From NCBI GenBank assembly GCA_043228905.1, contig JBHGNT010000006.1:558001-622000 (forward strand): 64,000 nucleotides of DNA. The letters are read 5' to 3'. The notes under the pieces are model-generated. The model did no database searches. It saw nothing but the letters and a program-made list of their open reading frames with translations, and was not told the origin of the DNA. A program made the translations under genes and the position numbers. Below, in pieces: positions 49,252 through 61,623 of this stretch. How positions within the stretch are numbered: the first letter of the stretch is position 1; each line of letters opens with the position of its first letter. This stretch comes from Azolla caroliniana (lineage: Eukaryota > Plantae > Polypodiophyta).

Positions 49252-52200
49252 GAAGGAAAAAAAAGCAAGAGTGGAGAGGGAAAGAAGAAGAAGAAGAAAT
49301 GAATTTGTTTTTGTTGTTGTGCTCTCTATCGGCAACGGAATAGGGCACAATGATAAACGTTAGAAAGCCCTCGATTAGAGCTTCGTAACGAGATATAGCA
49401 AGTTAAATTTGGTGGTCTGTACGAGAATCAACTATAGAAATAAGGAATCTTGTGTTGTCGGCATCCACATACTAAACACACATTGCAGGTCTTCTATTGT
49501 CTTCATCATCTTCGACCTCTTCAATCGGGTGAGTTCCAGTTGTCTCTCTTGTTCATGGAAAATTGTTTTTATCCCGGATCGAAATCACATCAAGAATAAT
49601 GGATATAAACATGAATTTCTCACAAATTGTGGGGGACATCGATATGGAAACAATTGATCCAAAAAAGAGTAATGTGATGGTTGAATGTAATCGTGAAAGG
49701 GAAGACATTGGAAGCTCTAAGAGGTTTAAGGGTATTGAGGAAATTAATGAGAAAAAATTGACATATGCCGAAGTAATACATGTAGATGAGGTTGACAAGG
49801 ATCATTGTAATTGGGATAATTTATGGGGAATTGTCAATACCTTGTTGTCTGGTATTGTGGAAGAAAATGAAAATGAAATGAAAGAATGTGTTAATGAGGA
49901 TGTGCATCATGTGGAAGTTGATGCTAAGGCAGTGTTGCAATCTTTTGATGTATTCTATGATCGTGCAGTTATATTATTTTTTACCAGGAAACTCCCATAC
50001 ATAAATTGGATTAAACAATGGTTGAACACAATTGTGTTGAAAATATATATGCAAGACCACAAGGGTTTTATGATGTAGTATTTTGGTCACCGGAACATCG
50101 AAGTGCATTGTTGGCTAAAGTTCCTGTGTTTTTTGATAAATGATTGACTATCATGCTTTGTTAAAAAAAGAATGCCTTGTTTGGGTAACAGTGGATTGTA
50201 AACATGTTTTTTTATGGCCACTTTTACCAGAGTTGATGAGTTAAATGGGTAAGGTGTTGATATCTCCACATGCAAATGCTACAATAAGTGTAGGTTTTGT
50301 GTGTTATGTGATACAAGTCGTAAGAGGCCAGGATGGGTGCATATGAACACACCTTGTATGAAAAGACTTTGTTTTAAATTGAAGTGGGAGACATTTGCAG
50401 GTCATTGTTTCGGATGGGGTCACTTGATGGCGGAATGACATTGTCATTGTCCTTAAACTATAGAGGTTCCTAACGGTAAGGAAGGAGTTGGGAGAGATGT
50501 TGGTGTGTCAAATATTGTGGTTGTTATGGATGAAGGAACATCATCTAGAGCAGGTTATAAAGAGGTCTCACTTCAAGGTTTGGGCCCTAAGAATAAGGGA
50601 ACTCAATCTATGGATATGGAAAAACAAAGTGAAAAAACAAAACCGTTGGATAGAGCTAGTAGTGATGTTGTTGTTGACAAAGATTGACATCAAGTTAAGG
50701 GCAAGTCGAAGGGGAAATCAATGAATATGCAACCTAATAGTTTCCCCACTACTCGTGAGACTACTTGGCAAGGTAATTCAGGAACTAGGGAGGGTCCTAC
50801 AAAAGTTCCTTAACAACGAGAATTTAGGGATAAGGGATTACCCCTTCACCTTCAATTTGATTCATTGGGACGGGTTGTAAATTCATCGAATTCTCGAGGT
50901 TTTCGTCAAGCGGGAGGACCTAAACAAAAGATTTCGATTTCAATAGACAACCCTAAGGATGTGGTGCATGAAAATCCATATGCAACGTTGGAACATGCTT
51001 TGACTAGTTTCATGACATTAATTGCTCTAAAGGAGCAAGTGCACCCATAACATTGTTAATTGAATGAAAATGGTAACATGGAATGTGAGAGGGGCATGTT
51101 CTCCTCATAAGAAGTATATATTATGGGCAACTTTGTTAAGTAAACAATGGGATGTATTATGTGCAGTTGAGCATAAGTGTCATGAGTTAGTAGGATCCAC
51201 AATTCATTTTCATGGATATTCATCATTCTATGTAGGACATCTTAATAATCATTTTTCAAGTGTGGTATTGTGGGATAAATATTCTCCTCAAGTGGTGCAT
51301 AATGATCCTTATGGTCGGTTTTTGGTTCTAGAAATCACGTTTTTTTTGCAAGGTTGTGTGGGTGGTTGTGATTTATGCCCATAACCAAGCCGCTCAACGT
51401 ATTGTATTATGGGGCTCACTCCTTCAAACCCTATGTGTGGGCCGTCCCGGATTACTTATGAGTGATTTTAACATGTGTGTTGATGCATTTCAATCTACGT
51501 TTGAACATTCAATCATGGATGATCCTGACTCCTGAGCAACTTGCTTGGGATTCATTGGCTATAGAGGTTTTGAAGTTGGATGTTTGGACATGGTTGCATG
51601 AGAATGATCTAGGTTTTACTTTCCAATCTACTCAACATGGAGTTGGTTAGATATAATGTATGTGATGTATGATAGTTCTACAAGATATAGGAAATTCAAA
51701 TCACTTTCCTATTTGTTTGGAGGTTTGTAGTCATGCAATTGACATGTATAAATCTTTACTTGGAAAGCCTCCATTACGCTTTAACTCTTCTCTTTTGCTT
51801 CAACCTCACTTTGATTTTCTCATGGAACAAATTTTGGTAAATTTTTCACAAGAAATGAATCTTAAAGGAGTTAAAGCATGGGATATCACATTACGAAACA
51901 TTAAGATCATTCATCGCATGTATGGAGTAACTAATCCTCAACGAAGAAGAGGTCTCCTTCGACAATTCTCAGAAGTTCTCTCTAGGTGTAATGCATTATT
52001 GATACATGCACCATTTAAAGATGACGAGCTTTTGGATATCCAAAGTCAATTGCAGGTTATTATTTCTCAGTTGCAATGCCAAAGTTATCATTATGCGAAG
52101 ATGTGTCAACTAAGGGATGGGCTCATAGATAATCAATGTCAATCTCATTTGTTTTTCCAAGCATTACATCCTACTTATGCTCGATCTAATGTGGTGCATG

Positions 52201-54868
52201 TGACGCAAGGGGATGAATTGATAGTGGATCCTACTACCATAATTGACATATGTGTTCATAACTTTAAGGAGTTGATTGGCCCACAATTGTTAATGACAAA
52301 TGAGGTGAGTAGAGCACGTCATGAGTTTTATGATGTGGTTGGATGTATTGTGCATGAACTCATTAGTCACGAATTGGATACAGATTTCACAGAGGATGAG
52401 GTGGACACGGTTTTAAGGCATCTTCCTAGTGGTAAGAGCCCTGGTTGGGATGGCTTCACAAATGAAGTTTTTAAGCGATATTCGAACATTTTAAAGGGGT
52501 TCTTAACTTTGATGTTTCAAAATTCTTGGGATTCTAGTTGTATGCCTCAAGCTTGGAAGGTTGGTCTAATTAAATTAGTTCGAAAGGAGGCATCTCCCAA
52601 GTCATTTAATCAATGGAGACCTATTTCTTTGATTGGGGGGTTATATAAGATATTTACAAAGGTCTTGGCAAATAGATTACAAAAGTATTTACCAAAGTTG
52701 ATACATCCTGCCCAATATGGTTTTATTGCAGGTAGGAATATATTGCATAATGTGTTGAATGTTCAAATGGCCATGGATTATGCTCAAAACACTCATCAAG
52801 AATTGATTATGGTGCAATTAGATTTGGAGAAAGCTTATGATCCTGTTAATTGGTCCTTTGTTTCTGGGTTAATGCATACAATGGGCTTGGACCTCGCATG
52901 ACTCGTCTCATATTTTTATTAGGACAATGCGGTGTCTCGAGTAATGCTTAATGGAGGAGTTATATCAGATATTGTCCTTACAAGATTCGTTCGTCTAGGA
53001 TGCCCACTTAGCCCATTGTTGTTTCCTATTGTTACTCATCCCTTGTTAGTGATGCTATCAAGGCTTGCAACAAATGGTGACATTGTGGGTCTACACCTTC
53101 CATTTGGAGGGCAACTAGTAGCACAAGCTTTGGATGATGATTCTTTCATGTTTCTACAAGCCTCATGAGAGAATCTTGAGAAGGGGATGCTTGTATGGAA
53201 CCAATTTGCATTGGCTTCCGGATTACATATTAATTGGAGGAAGTCTAGTCTCATATCATGTACTGAAAGAGATTTGAAATATTTAGGATGGCAAGGATCC
53301 ATAGTGAAGAAAGACTCTATTTTTCGACACTTGGGCTATCCATTAGGAATGAATGTTACAAATGGTCAATTGATTGAATGGATGTCTAGTAAGTTGAAGG
53401 ATAAGTTCATGTATTGGAGGTCACAATCTTGGCCATTTCATGTACGCTTGAAGGTTGCACAATGTACGCTTGAAGGTTGCCCATGATATTATATTACTTG
53501 CCATTGTTGTCGTGGACAAAGAAGGCTTCACATCTATTTTGCAACCTCTTTGATATTAGTTGTGGAAGAAGAGGGATAAGATGGGAATCACTTGGGTTGC
53601 GTGGAATCATCTAGCAACCCCTAAGCGCTTGGGGGGAGCTAGAATATTAAACTTATCTATGCATATGATGGCTCGTAGATTTTCATTATTACAAGACATG
53701 TGTTCAAACTCGCAACCATGGATATCTATTGTTCAATATTTCATTGAGAACAAGGGTTTAACACATGGGAGGACAACAATTAAGGCTTCATGGTGGCAAT
53801 TACTGAATGGATGTATTTGGCTTAGGATCTCGGCCTCTTCATGTGTTCAACTGTTGGTTAACTCATGGCAAGAAGCACTCTTGTTATGTGTATGGAAACC
53901 ATCATCTAGTCTCAATTTAATCATTTATTTTGTTTAGGGGTCAAAGAGGTGGGAGATGTAGTTGAGGCTCCATCTCAAAGAATTTTGGAGTTTGTTGAAG
54001 CGCAACAATTATTACACATCCCGCCTAATTATGGGTTTATTTGGCATCAACTACAAAATATTGCATTGATGCAAGGTCCCGTACCTCTACAAATAGGAGA
54101 ACAACCGTTGATTGATTGGTGTTTACGAGGTCAAACATCGTTGTTACAAGTGACCACTAATATTTTGTATCATTGCTCTATTGAGTCTCTTAGATGGTTA
54201 TCATCTAAGGCCGAAGAAGAATGGAAAATACACAAATCTGATCATGGGTGGTGGCAAATCTTACAACGTAGTTGGCATTCTAAAATTGCCACTTGTAGTA
54301 AAGGTCTTCATTTGGAGAGTTTTAATTGGAGGATTGCCTTTGGGATTAGCTCTAAAGTGTCGTGGACTAGCAACGAGCAATTGCTTCTTTTGCGATGTTC
54401 AAATGGAAGATAGTACTCATCGATTTATACAATGTCTGATTGCTTGTTAGCTTTGGACTTACATTTCTCAAATTTGGCAAGTTTTATCACGGTGTTATTT
54501 GACACCTAAACAATGGGCGTTTGCACAATTTACACAGGTTGACCCAAATTTAGAGATGGAGATCGTTTTTCTATTTCTGAGATATTGGGGATTGCATCAT
54601 AATTGGAACATGTGCAATGCTTTTGTATTCAATGGTAGACATGGAATGAAAGCATATCTACGAAAGTTGAAGGGAATACTAATGTGACAATTTTCTTTAT
54701 TGGAGCAAGTGGAGATTCTTTCCTTATTGGAGTGTTTGTCTTGCCTATTGGCAATTCAACATGTTCCAGTACCCATGTAATGTAGTTAGTGGGTAACCAT
54801 ACTCCATTGTCACACTCATTGTAAGTAGTGTTTTTTACACTCGTTTATTAATATAATTGTGTGTTTTC

Positions 54869-54871
<3 letters not shown>
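49252..54871 (+). mobile_element. Near-full-length decayed L1-clade LINE (ORF1 and ORF2 remnants)
   Basis: ORF1 remnants at 49563-51050 include a degenerate zinc knuckle (CFG.GHLMAE, about 50406). ORF2 from 51064: TWNVRG, (S)DFN and SNHFP (APE endonuclease); GKSPGWDG, WRPISL, QYGF, LDLEKAYD, GCPLSPLLF and DD (RT); KVFIWRV...CFFC...H.FIQC (zf-RVT). Many stops and frameshifts. The 5' boundary is approximate. Confidence 0.92.
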
Positions 54872-54917
<46 letters not shown>

Positions 54918-55480
54918 AATATGACCTATAAGACCAAAAATAACATTTCAAGTTATACATGTGAAAGTAAGTAGTGACTCTCAATGTTCAAGAACTTTAC
55001 CAATGAATGTTGCAATCGAGAAAGCACATTGTGGTTGTGAGATCAATTCGTGCAAGGTTTAGGCTTGGTCGAAGATGTGTTGCAAGCATGATCAAAGGGA
55101 GAGCATTATATCAAATGTGATACTTAGATCCTCGAACTTGTTTAGGGAAAATTGTGCATAGTCGACCACTCTCATCACTTGTGCCCCAACGTCCCGTCTC
55201 ACATTGCAATGAATGTGAGCTAAGTCGCATGGAAGCAATGGTTCGAATGGCAAACAATGGAATGGGCTCTAAACATGTATTCATGTGTATTGTTTCCCCG
55301 TTCGGCATAGAAAAAGGCTCTAATCTTGGAATATAGGAAAAAAACAAGACCTTCACTAGACAATTTGTCGTAGCATTTTATTTCACTAGACATTATTGAA
55401 GATGTATAACCTCTTAACTCTTCAAGTACTCGTGTAGCTCGTTAATGATACCATCACGTTGAAGGTTGTAGAATATTTAT
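54872..55480 (-). mobile_element. 3' fragment of a second RTEX-like LINE family with a (TC)n tail
   Basis: ORF 55111-55356 reads RTIASMRLSSHSLQCETGRWG...RLC. The minus-strand 3' end is TTTTGGTCTTATAGGTCATATTTA followed by (CT)n at 54915-54872. Confidence 0.7.
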
Positions 55481-56175
55481 TAAATAATTTTGGCTTTCAA
55501 ATTAGGAAAGAAAGACAAATGGATTTTATCTCATATTTGTACAATTGTCCAATAAATTCATAATGCAGCCATAAATAGTGAAGGTAGAAGAAAACATGCA
55601 ACTTTCTTAAGTCTTAGATAATTACAATATTCAGCCTAGGGTTGGCAAGCTTTCCATTAGTTGAACAGCACAAAACACATTGGAATATTTATTTCTCTGT
55701 GATAAATGGCATCGAAAATTAAGGTAGTTAAAATTTTACAATTAACATTTTGCTATACCTAGTCTAATTCTCAGTTTGTTTGCCGGGATACACAAAATCA
55801 ATCCCTGGCCCTCCTAATATTGAAGAGATGAATGCTAAAGATTTTTTGGAATCTCCAATCATTGAGGTTAGAATTGTCATATCTCTCAACAAACAAGTCT
55901 CTTAAAATATAGAAACTTTGACACGTTGAATACCTGATTAATCACATTAAATATCAATATTTTTCTAGATATTTTGAGAAGAAAAAAATATAGATATCAT
56001 GATACATCAAATATTCTTTGCTCGTAAAACTACAGAAAATAAATAAAATTTGTGAAATCTAATGTCTTAGAAATTACTTGAACGCCCCACATGAACAAGT
56101 AAAACAGTTGAAAGTCAAATATGAACACATTAGTAATTGAAAGCTTCTCTATAGATTAAGGAAACATTTCACATG

Positions 56176-56497
56176 GTTATCGGCCAAAGCCAATATGATT
56201 CATCAAGATCAGTAACTTTGGGTCACAACAAATACATATTGACAGAATGCAAAATGCTTAAACTATGCCCAAGATGCTAGCAGTCACAAGTTGGTGTATG
56301 AATGGACTGAATCTAGCATTAACGCTACATTATGCAACAGGTTATCGGCCAAAGCCAATATGGGCCATAACAAATACACATTGAGTCACACCAACACAGA
56401 ATGCAAAATGCTTAAACTTTGCTCGAGATGCTAGCAGTCACAAATTGGTGTATGAATGGACTGAATCTAGCACTAAGGCTACATTATGCAACAGGTT
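56176..56497 (+). repeat. Tandem duplication of about 160 bp downstream of the ZF-HD gene
   Basis: GGTTATCGGCCAAAGCCAATATG...ACAGAATGCAAAATGCTTAAACT...GATGCTAGCAGTCACAA.TTGGTGTATGAATGGACTGAATCTAGCA...GCTACATTATGCAACAGGTT occurs twice. Confidence 0.9.
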
Positions 56498-57600
56498 TAT
56501 CACAGCATTAAGAAATTGATGATGGCACAACGATTCGACCTGCCAACCAGAAAGAGTATGCAACTCTTCCTAATAGGAGCATTCAGTTGAGCATCCACAC
56601 GTTTCTCTTTCAAGAAGGCATTGTGCCCAATACAGATTTGATCAAAAGTAGCAACAAAAGTAATCTTATCATGGTCCCCCTTCCCTTGCATGTATATCTT
56701 CATTACTTTCAAGATCACTGTTCATAATCCAAATTGAGGAGAAGATACAAATTCCCGTTCTATTCTATACATAAGTAAATAAAAGCCATTTTATGATGCA
56801 ACGATGATTGTTGAGGTATTTGCAATTCGTATCTTGTGTTACTATGACACAGATTGTCCAACGCTAAGTTGAATGCACAGCACTTGAGATCATGTAGCTT
56901 TGGGCCTGCTCTGCCACTCTGATCTTTGCATAAACTAAATAATCCCTTTCTATATAGATAGATACACATACATGCACGTATCTATGTTATAAATTTACAC
57001 ATATACATGCGTGTATGCATACACGCACACACAACAAAGATCATATTTACAGATGAAGCTGATGAAAATTGTCGTGACAACCAAAGAAAAGAAAGCCACA
57101 TCTTCAATCCCATCTTCATGTAAACACACAATTTCCATTGCACCAAATCCTGAGGTTAGAAAGTTAATATTCGGCACAACCCACAGAAGGTTTTCCCTGA
57201 CTGCCAGCAATTTTGCCGCACATGTTATCATTAAATCAGCTCGAAAAAGAAAAACTAAAGCAAGAAAATACATATTTCCGGACAGGATCCCAATTCCCCA
57301 CCACGCTTCATCCAGCCAAGGAATAAATGCCCGGTAAATTGGTATCAGTAGTTAGAAGGGCTATCACAGTTCTTTCCAACGAGATCATACTCTGGACTGT
57401 CATAATTCCTTCCAGAAAGCTCTGACCCACCACCACCTCTGCATGGTGTAAAGGAAAAGATGACATTGATGAGATTTCAACAATCCACACCCATAACACA
57501 CATCAAAGAAAATGTAGGTACGCTCAATGGCTATCAATCTAACCTAGAAATAATCGACAAATTATGAATCAAGAAAGACAGGAATAAGAAACAAATGAAC

Positions 57601-58518
57601 TTACATCTTTTTGCTTGACATATGTTTATTGTTGTGCATCCACACCTTGAAAACATTCCTTTGCACACCCACATCATCACAAAAACCTTGCACAGCATCC
57701 TCATCAGGTTTTGAGATCCTCCATCCAATAGTGTCTGCAAATCGCTGCATCCTCTCCTTTTGGTCGGCCGTGAACTTTGTGCGAAACCGCTTCTTCTTGG
57801 ATGAAGCTGATGAACTGGGACGAGCATTATGCATGGGTGGCTCATCATAATCATCATCTTCTTCTTCCTCTTCTTCTTGTTCTTCCTCTTCAAATTGGGC
57901 AAGTGGCATGATCAATTGTGCATGTGGGGAGATATCTGCTGAAGAGGGGAGTTGATGGTGGGATTTGGTCTTCTCACGAACAACTGGGCTTAAAGGCCGA
58001 AGCAGAGGTTGGGGAAGAGCATAGGACCCGGATCTTAAGGTGGTGGCCCCGCAGCGGCAAGTTATTTCACCAGTGGGTCCAACGAATTCCCGCCGATGGA
58101 AGTTGCGATGACAGGAACATGCGGCACACTTTAGTGCTTCTGGAGTGCCTTCCTTTCCACTGGGTAGAAACTCCCCACAACCATCCACGGCATGGCCGCC
58201 CAAGCATGCAGCATGATTCTTCTGGCATTCACGGAAACGGATTTGTGGCGGTGCCAGCTGCCGCCGGATCTTGGTTTCCTCACCCAAATGTTGACCACGG
58301 ATTGACTGACTATGATTGTGATTATGGCTATGGTTGTGATGATTATGTTTATGATGTTGATGCCACATGGAAGTCTTGAATGTGGTTTCGGGACTTCCAT
58401 CCCGGGATGAGATGGCTGACCCGGTCCCCCCACCCCCACCGTTTGAAACTTGCAAAGATCCATACTGACCATTTGAAAACCGGTGAAGCCCATCTCTTTC
58501 CATGGATGAAATGCTCAT
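57601..58518 (-). CDS. ZHD: Zinc-finger homeodomain (ZF-HD) transcription factor, 305 aa unspliced (335 aa if the 57438-57345 exon is used)
   Basis: ZF domain RECQKNHAACLGGHAVDGCGEF...LKCAACSCHRNFHRRE; acidic linker; homeodomain KKRFRTKFTADQKERM..FA..IGWRI...FC..VGV.R.VFKVWMHNNK. Confidence 0.96.
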   Translation of the reverse strand: MSISSMERDGLHRFSNGQYGSLQVSNGGGGGTGSAISSRDGSPETTFKTSMWHQHHKHNHHNHSHNHNHSQSIRGQHLGEETKIRRQLAPPQIRFRECQKNHAACLGGHAVDGCGEFLPSGKEGTPEALKCAACSCHRNFHRREFVGPTGEITCRCGATTLRSGSYALPQPLLRPLSPVVREKTKSHHQLPSSADISPHAQLIMPLAQFEEEEQEEEEEEDDDYDEPPMHNARPSSSASSKKKRFRTKFTADQKERMQRFADTIGWRISKPDEDAVQGFCDDVGVQRNVFKVWMHNNKHMSSKKM

Positions 58519-58647
58519 ATCGTACGGGTAGTTTAGTTCATCAAAACAAGAGCTCAGTCCCTAATTTGCTGTCCGAAAATTCTCTGCTTCCTTTTCCCTC
58601 TGATTCTATGTTCTCCTACAGCTCTCCCTGGATATGTTAATAAATCC

Positions 58648-59028
58648 CTGCAGGAGAAGGACACAGATATAAAGACCCGTATAGGTAGCTTGGTCTATCC
58701 AGTGATACCCTCACAAGAGGAAAAGATACCTTCGCAGTTTGGTCTATCCAGTGATTTCCCTCATTTTCATTGCAAAATCTTAAATTATGAAGAGCAGAGG
58801 AAATGCCCTAAACAAAAGGTAGAGACCATAAAAAGACGCTTCAGAAAAAAAAAAAGCCCATATCGACAAATTCAGCGAGGCAGATAAGGCAAAAAATGTT
58901 TTTAAAACGGAACAAAGAGAAACCTAGCCCTAAAACCCCTGCTCCTGCACAGAAACAGAGGAAGGAGACGGAAAGAAAACAGAGCAGCTTTAGAGATTTG
59001 AATGCGGCGAAACAGAGAAGGAACTTAC
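58648..59028 (-). other. Putative 5'-UTR intron of the ZF-HD gene
   Basis: Minus-strand donor GG|GTAAGTT at 59028, a pyrimidine-rich body, and acceptor CCTTCTCCTGCAG| at 58648, 130 nt upstream of the ATG. Confidence 0.6.
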
Positions 59029-59134
59029 CCGAAACGAAGACAGCGCAGCGCGAACGAGAGACAAAGAGAGAAAGGGGGCGGGTGGGAAGAGATAGATCTG
59101 GCTCCTTCTGCTTCCTGCGGGAGGAATGAGAGGT

Positions 59135-59496
59135 GATTAGGGCAGAGATTAGAGTTAGCCGGAGCGATGATTAGAGTTAACCCTGGGGGGGTGGGACATG
59201 TGCTGCTTGCTGCTTAACCACACCTGTAATTAGCGCGCAGTAAGAAGTATGTATGTATGTATGTAGTAATCGTGTAGTAGTCACTCACATGTCTCCTCTC
59301 TTCATCATTTCGGGGGTGGGGATGGGGGTGGGGGTGGGGGTTCCTTTATTTTTAATTAACTCTGTGTGTGTGTTGCTTGCTTGCTTGCTTGCTATACGCA
59401 TAGGCTACACATACTTAATCATATATTGGATGTGATTAATCATACTTCTCAGCTGTAATTAATCATGCTTAATCTGCTATGACTATGTGTAATTAG
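59135..59496. promoter_or_regulatory. Cluster of TAATTA/TAATC (ATTA-core) motifs in the ZF-HD upstream region
   Basis: About 11 sites, at 59135, 59147, 59169, 59227, 59267, 59352, 59416, 59434, 59456, 59470 and 59490. Confidence 0.45.
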
Positions 59497-61438
59497 CTTA
59501 GAGCCTAAGGTCCTTCGAACATACCTAAGGATCATTGTTGTAGGCTTTCTTGTCTATCTCGCACATGAATCATACATATCATGAGATTCGATTCGCTAGA
59601 AAACCTTCATTCTCATTTTTGAAGAAGAAATTGTTGGGTTCCTTTTCGCTTCATATCCTCTCCCAATAGCCCTCCTACCTACATAGGCCATTTCGACACG
59701 AAGTGTAGCTTTTTTAGCACGCTCTTTTGGATTCACATTCATCCATCATCAATCGTCTAGAACGTGGAGACGAAAATGAAACTAAATTTTCTTCGTGAAA
59801 CCCACCTGCGCTACCCACACTGACTAGGATTTGACAATGGTAATCTCACAAAATGCCTCCATGTGCCAACCATAAATAAACAAAACAATTTCATCAATAA
59901 GGCAAATGAGTACTAGGGACATTTTATTGTCGATGTTGAACATGCAAAGCAACCTCTACACAAACTGCATATGGTTAAACCTTAAAAGTCATTCAACCAA
60001 ACAAAGCCTTAACCTTGTCGTGATAACATAAATGACGGGGTTTATCTCTCATTCATAGACTTACATACATGACCTAAATAACTCATCATAATTATAACTT
60101 TATGTAAATACTTATTGTATGCTTGCTTTTATGCCTCTTAAATCTATTGGTTAACATGTATAATTTGATCAGAAGAAGGCTAGAGTTGTATATATCATAT
60201 GTAAACATAAGGGTGGGAACTCTATATTCCCAAGTGTAGTAACCTCATGCCTTAATAATGTTATCCAAACAAATTGGTACAAATGTTGAAGCACTTTCAT
60301 CATGTTTTATCCATAAGATCACACACAAATATTTGACATGTTTATACATGATGAATTCATGAAGACAAACTATCTCGCATTGCCATTGAAAAACGTTATT
60401 CATCGATTCTTAAAAGGGTGAAAGGATGTTATCCAAAAGAAATATTCGAATGAAGAATCTATTGTGGTCATAGATGTAATAGGCTTCAAGAGAACTATTT
60501 TCAAGTTGTTATGTGAAAATCTCGCTAAATGTGGAGCAGAGCCTAAAAATACTCATTGAAATTGTGCAAATCATGGGACCGGGATACAATTAGAGCTTGT
60601 GCAGAGATATGACTCCCAAATGCTAGTAAGTAGAAGAAGAATACTTTGCTCAAAGAATATGCAAAATGAAGGATATAACAAATGTTAAATGTTGAATAAT
60701 AGTCAAACAATAGTACGGCCAACAATGTTCCCTCAAGCTTTTATCATAAAGACAAGTTTTTACATGCATGTACCCATAAAGCTAGTCATACAGTAGGATG
60801 ACACCCCCTTTTCATGTTATTTCAAGTTTCAACATCAACAATTTTCATACCTATGCAATTTAGTGTAGATTTCTGCATCCTTCAATAATAATGTGGTAAA
60901 GTTTGTCAAAGTTCAAGAAAATAGTGGTTTGAAATATGTTTAACAGAAGTCAATACAAATGCAATTTATAATTGCAACTTGCCACTAGTGAGTAGGAGAA
61001 TCATAAGAATCACATTGTTCTAGTTTATACTTGAATGGTAGTTTATTGATTGACAAAATAGTTGTAAGTAATTCACTAAAAGTATATGTAAACATTGACA
61101 CTCATGGTAAATTCTAAAGCAATGATATATTAATATTTGTAATTCAAACCACAAATTTATCCATATAGCTCATTTACTGGAATTTCATTTGCTTAATTTT
61201 TTACAATCATATTTAAACTTTTACTCCAACCACTTGACGATTACTTGTATGTTATGATCTAGATTAGACTAAAAAGATGGTTTCGTATCACAACCTCCAT
61301 TATTGGACAAGATTGAAAGTAGTTATGCAACATTTGAGACCCATTGTGACATTAAAACACATTGATACCATATGTTTTCCAAATTATTAAGAATTATAAA
61401 ATGGACTTCATAATTGCCCACATTCTCTAAATTTCGCA

Positions 61439-61519
61439 AATAGTTTGGCTTAGTGGTTAAGGCATTTGACTCGAAATCAAATGGGTTCGCCCTAGCAGGT
61501 TCAAATCTTGCAGCTATCG
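61439..61519 (+). pseudogene. Degenerate tRNA-Ser(CGA) copy
   Basis: 72/81 nt identical to the tRNA at 42382-42462. Seven of the nine changes are C>T or G>A; the first acceptor pair is an A:C mismatch; anticodon arm intact; followed by TTTT. Confidence 0.85.
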
Positions 61520-61580
61520 TTTTGTATTTTATTTGATCTTTGATGATTGGGTAAACACCCTATTTTGTGGTAAACCAATT

Positions 61581-61623
61581 GTCTCATGGGCCAATTTGGA
61601 CCTTAAAAGACGTTAATATATCT
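61581..61623 (+). mobile_element. RTEX-like LINE 3'-terminal tail downstream of the tRNA copy
   Basis: GTCTCATGGGCCAATTTGGACCTTAAAAGACGTTAATATATCT compared with copy B 3110-3153 GTCTTATAGGCCATTTTGGCCTCTTAAAAGACGTTAATATATCT. The last 22 nt are identical. Confidence 0.75.
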
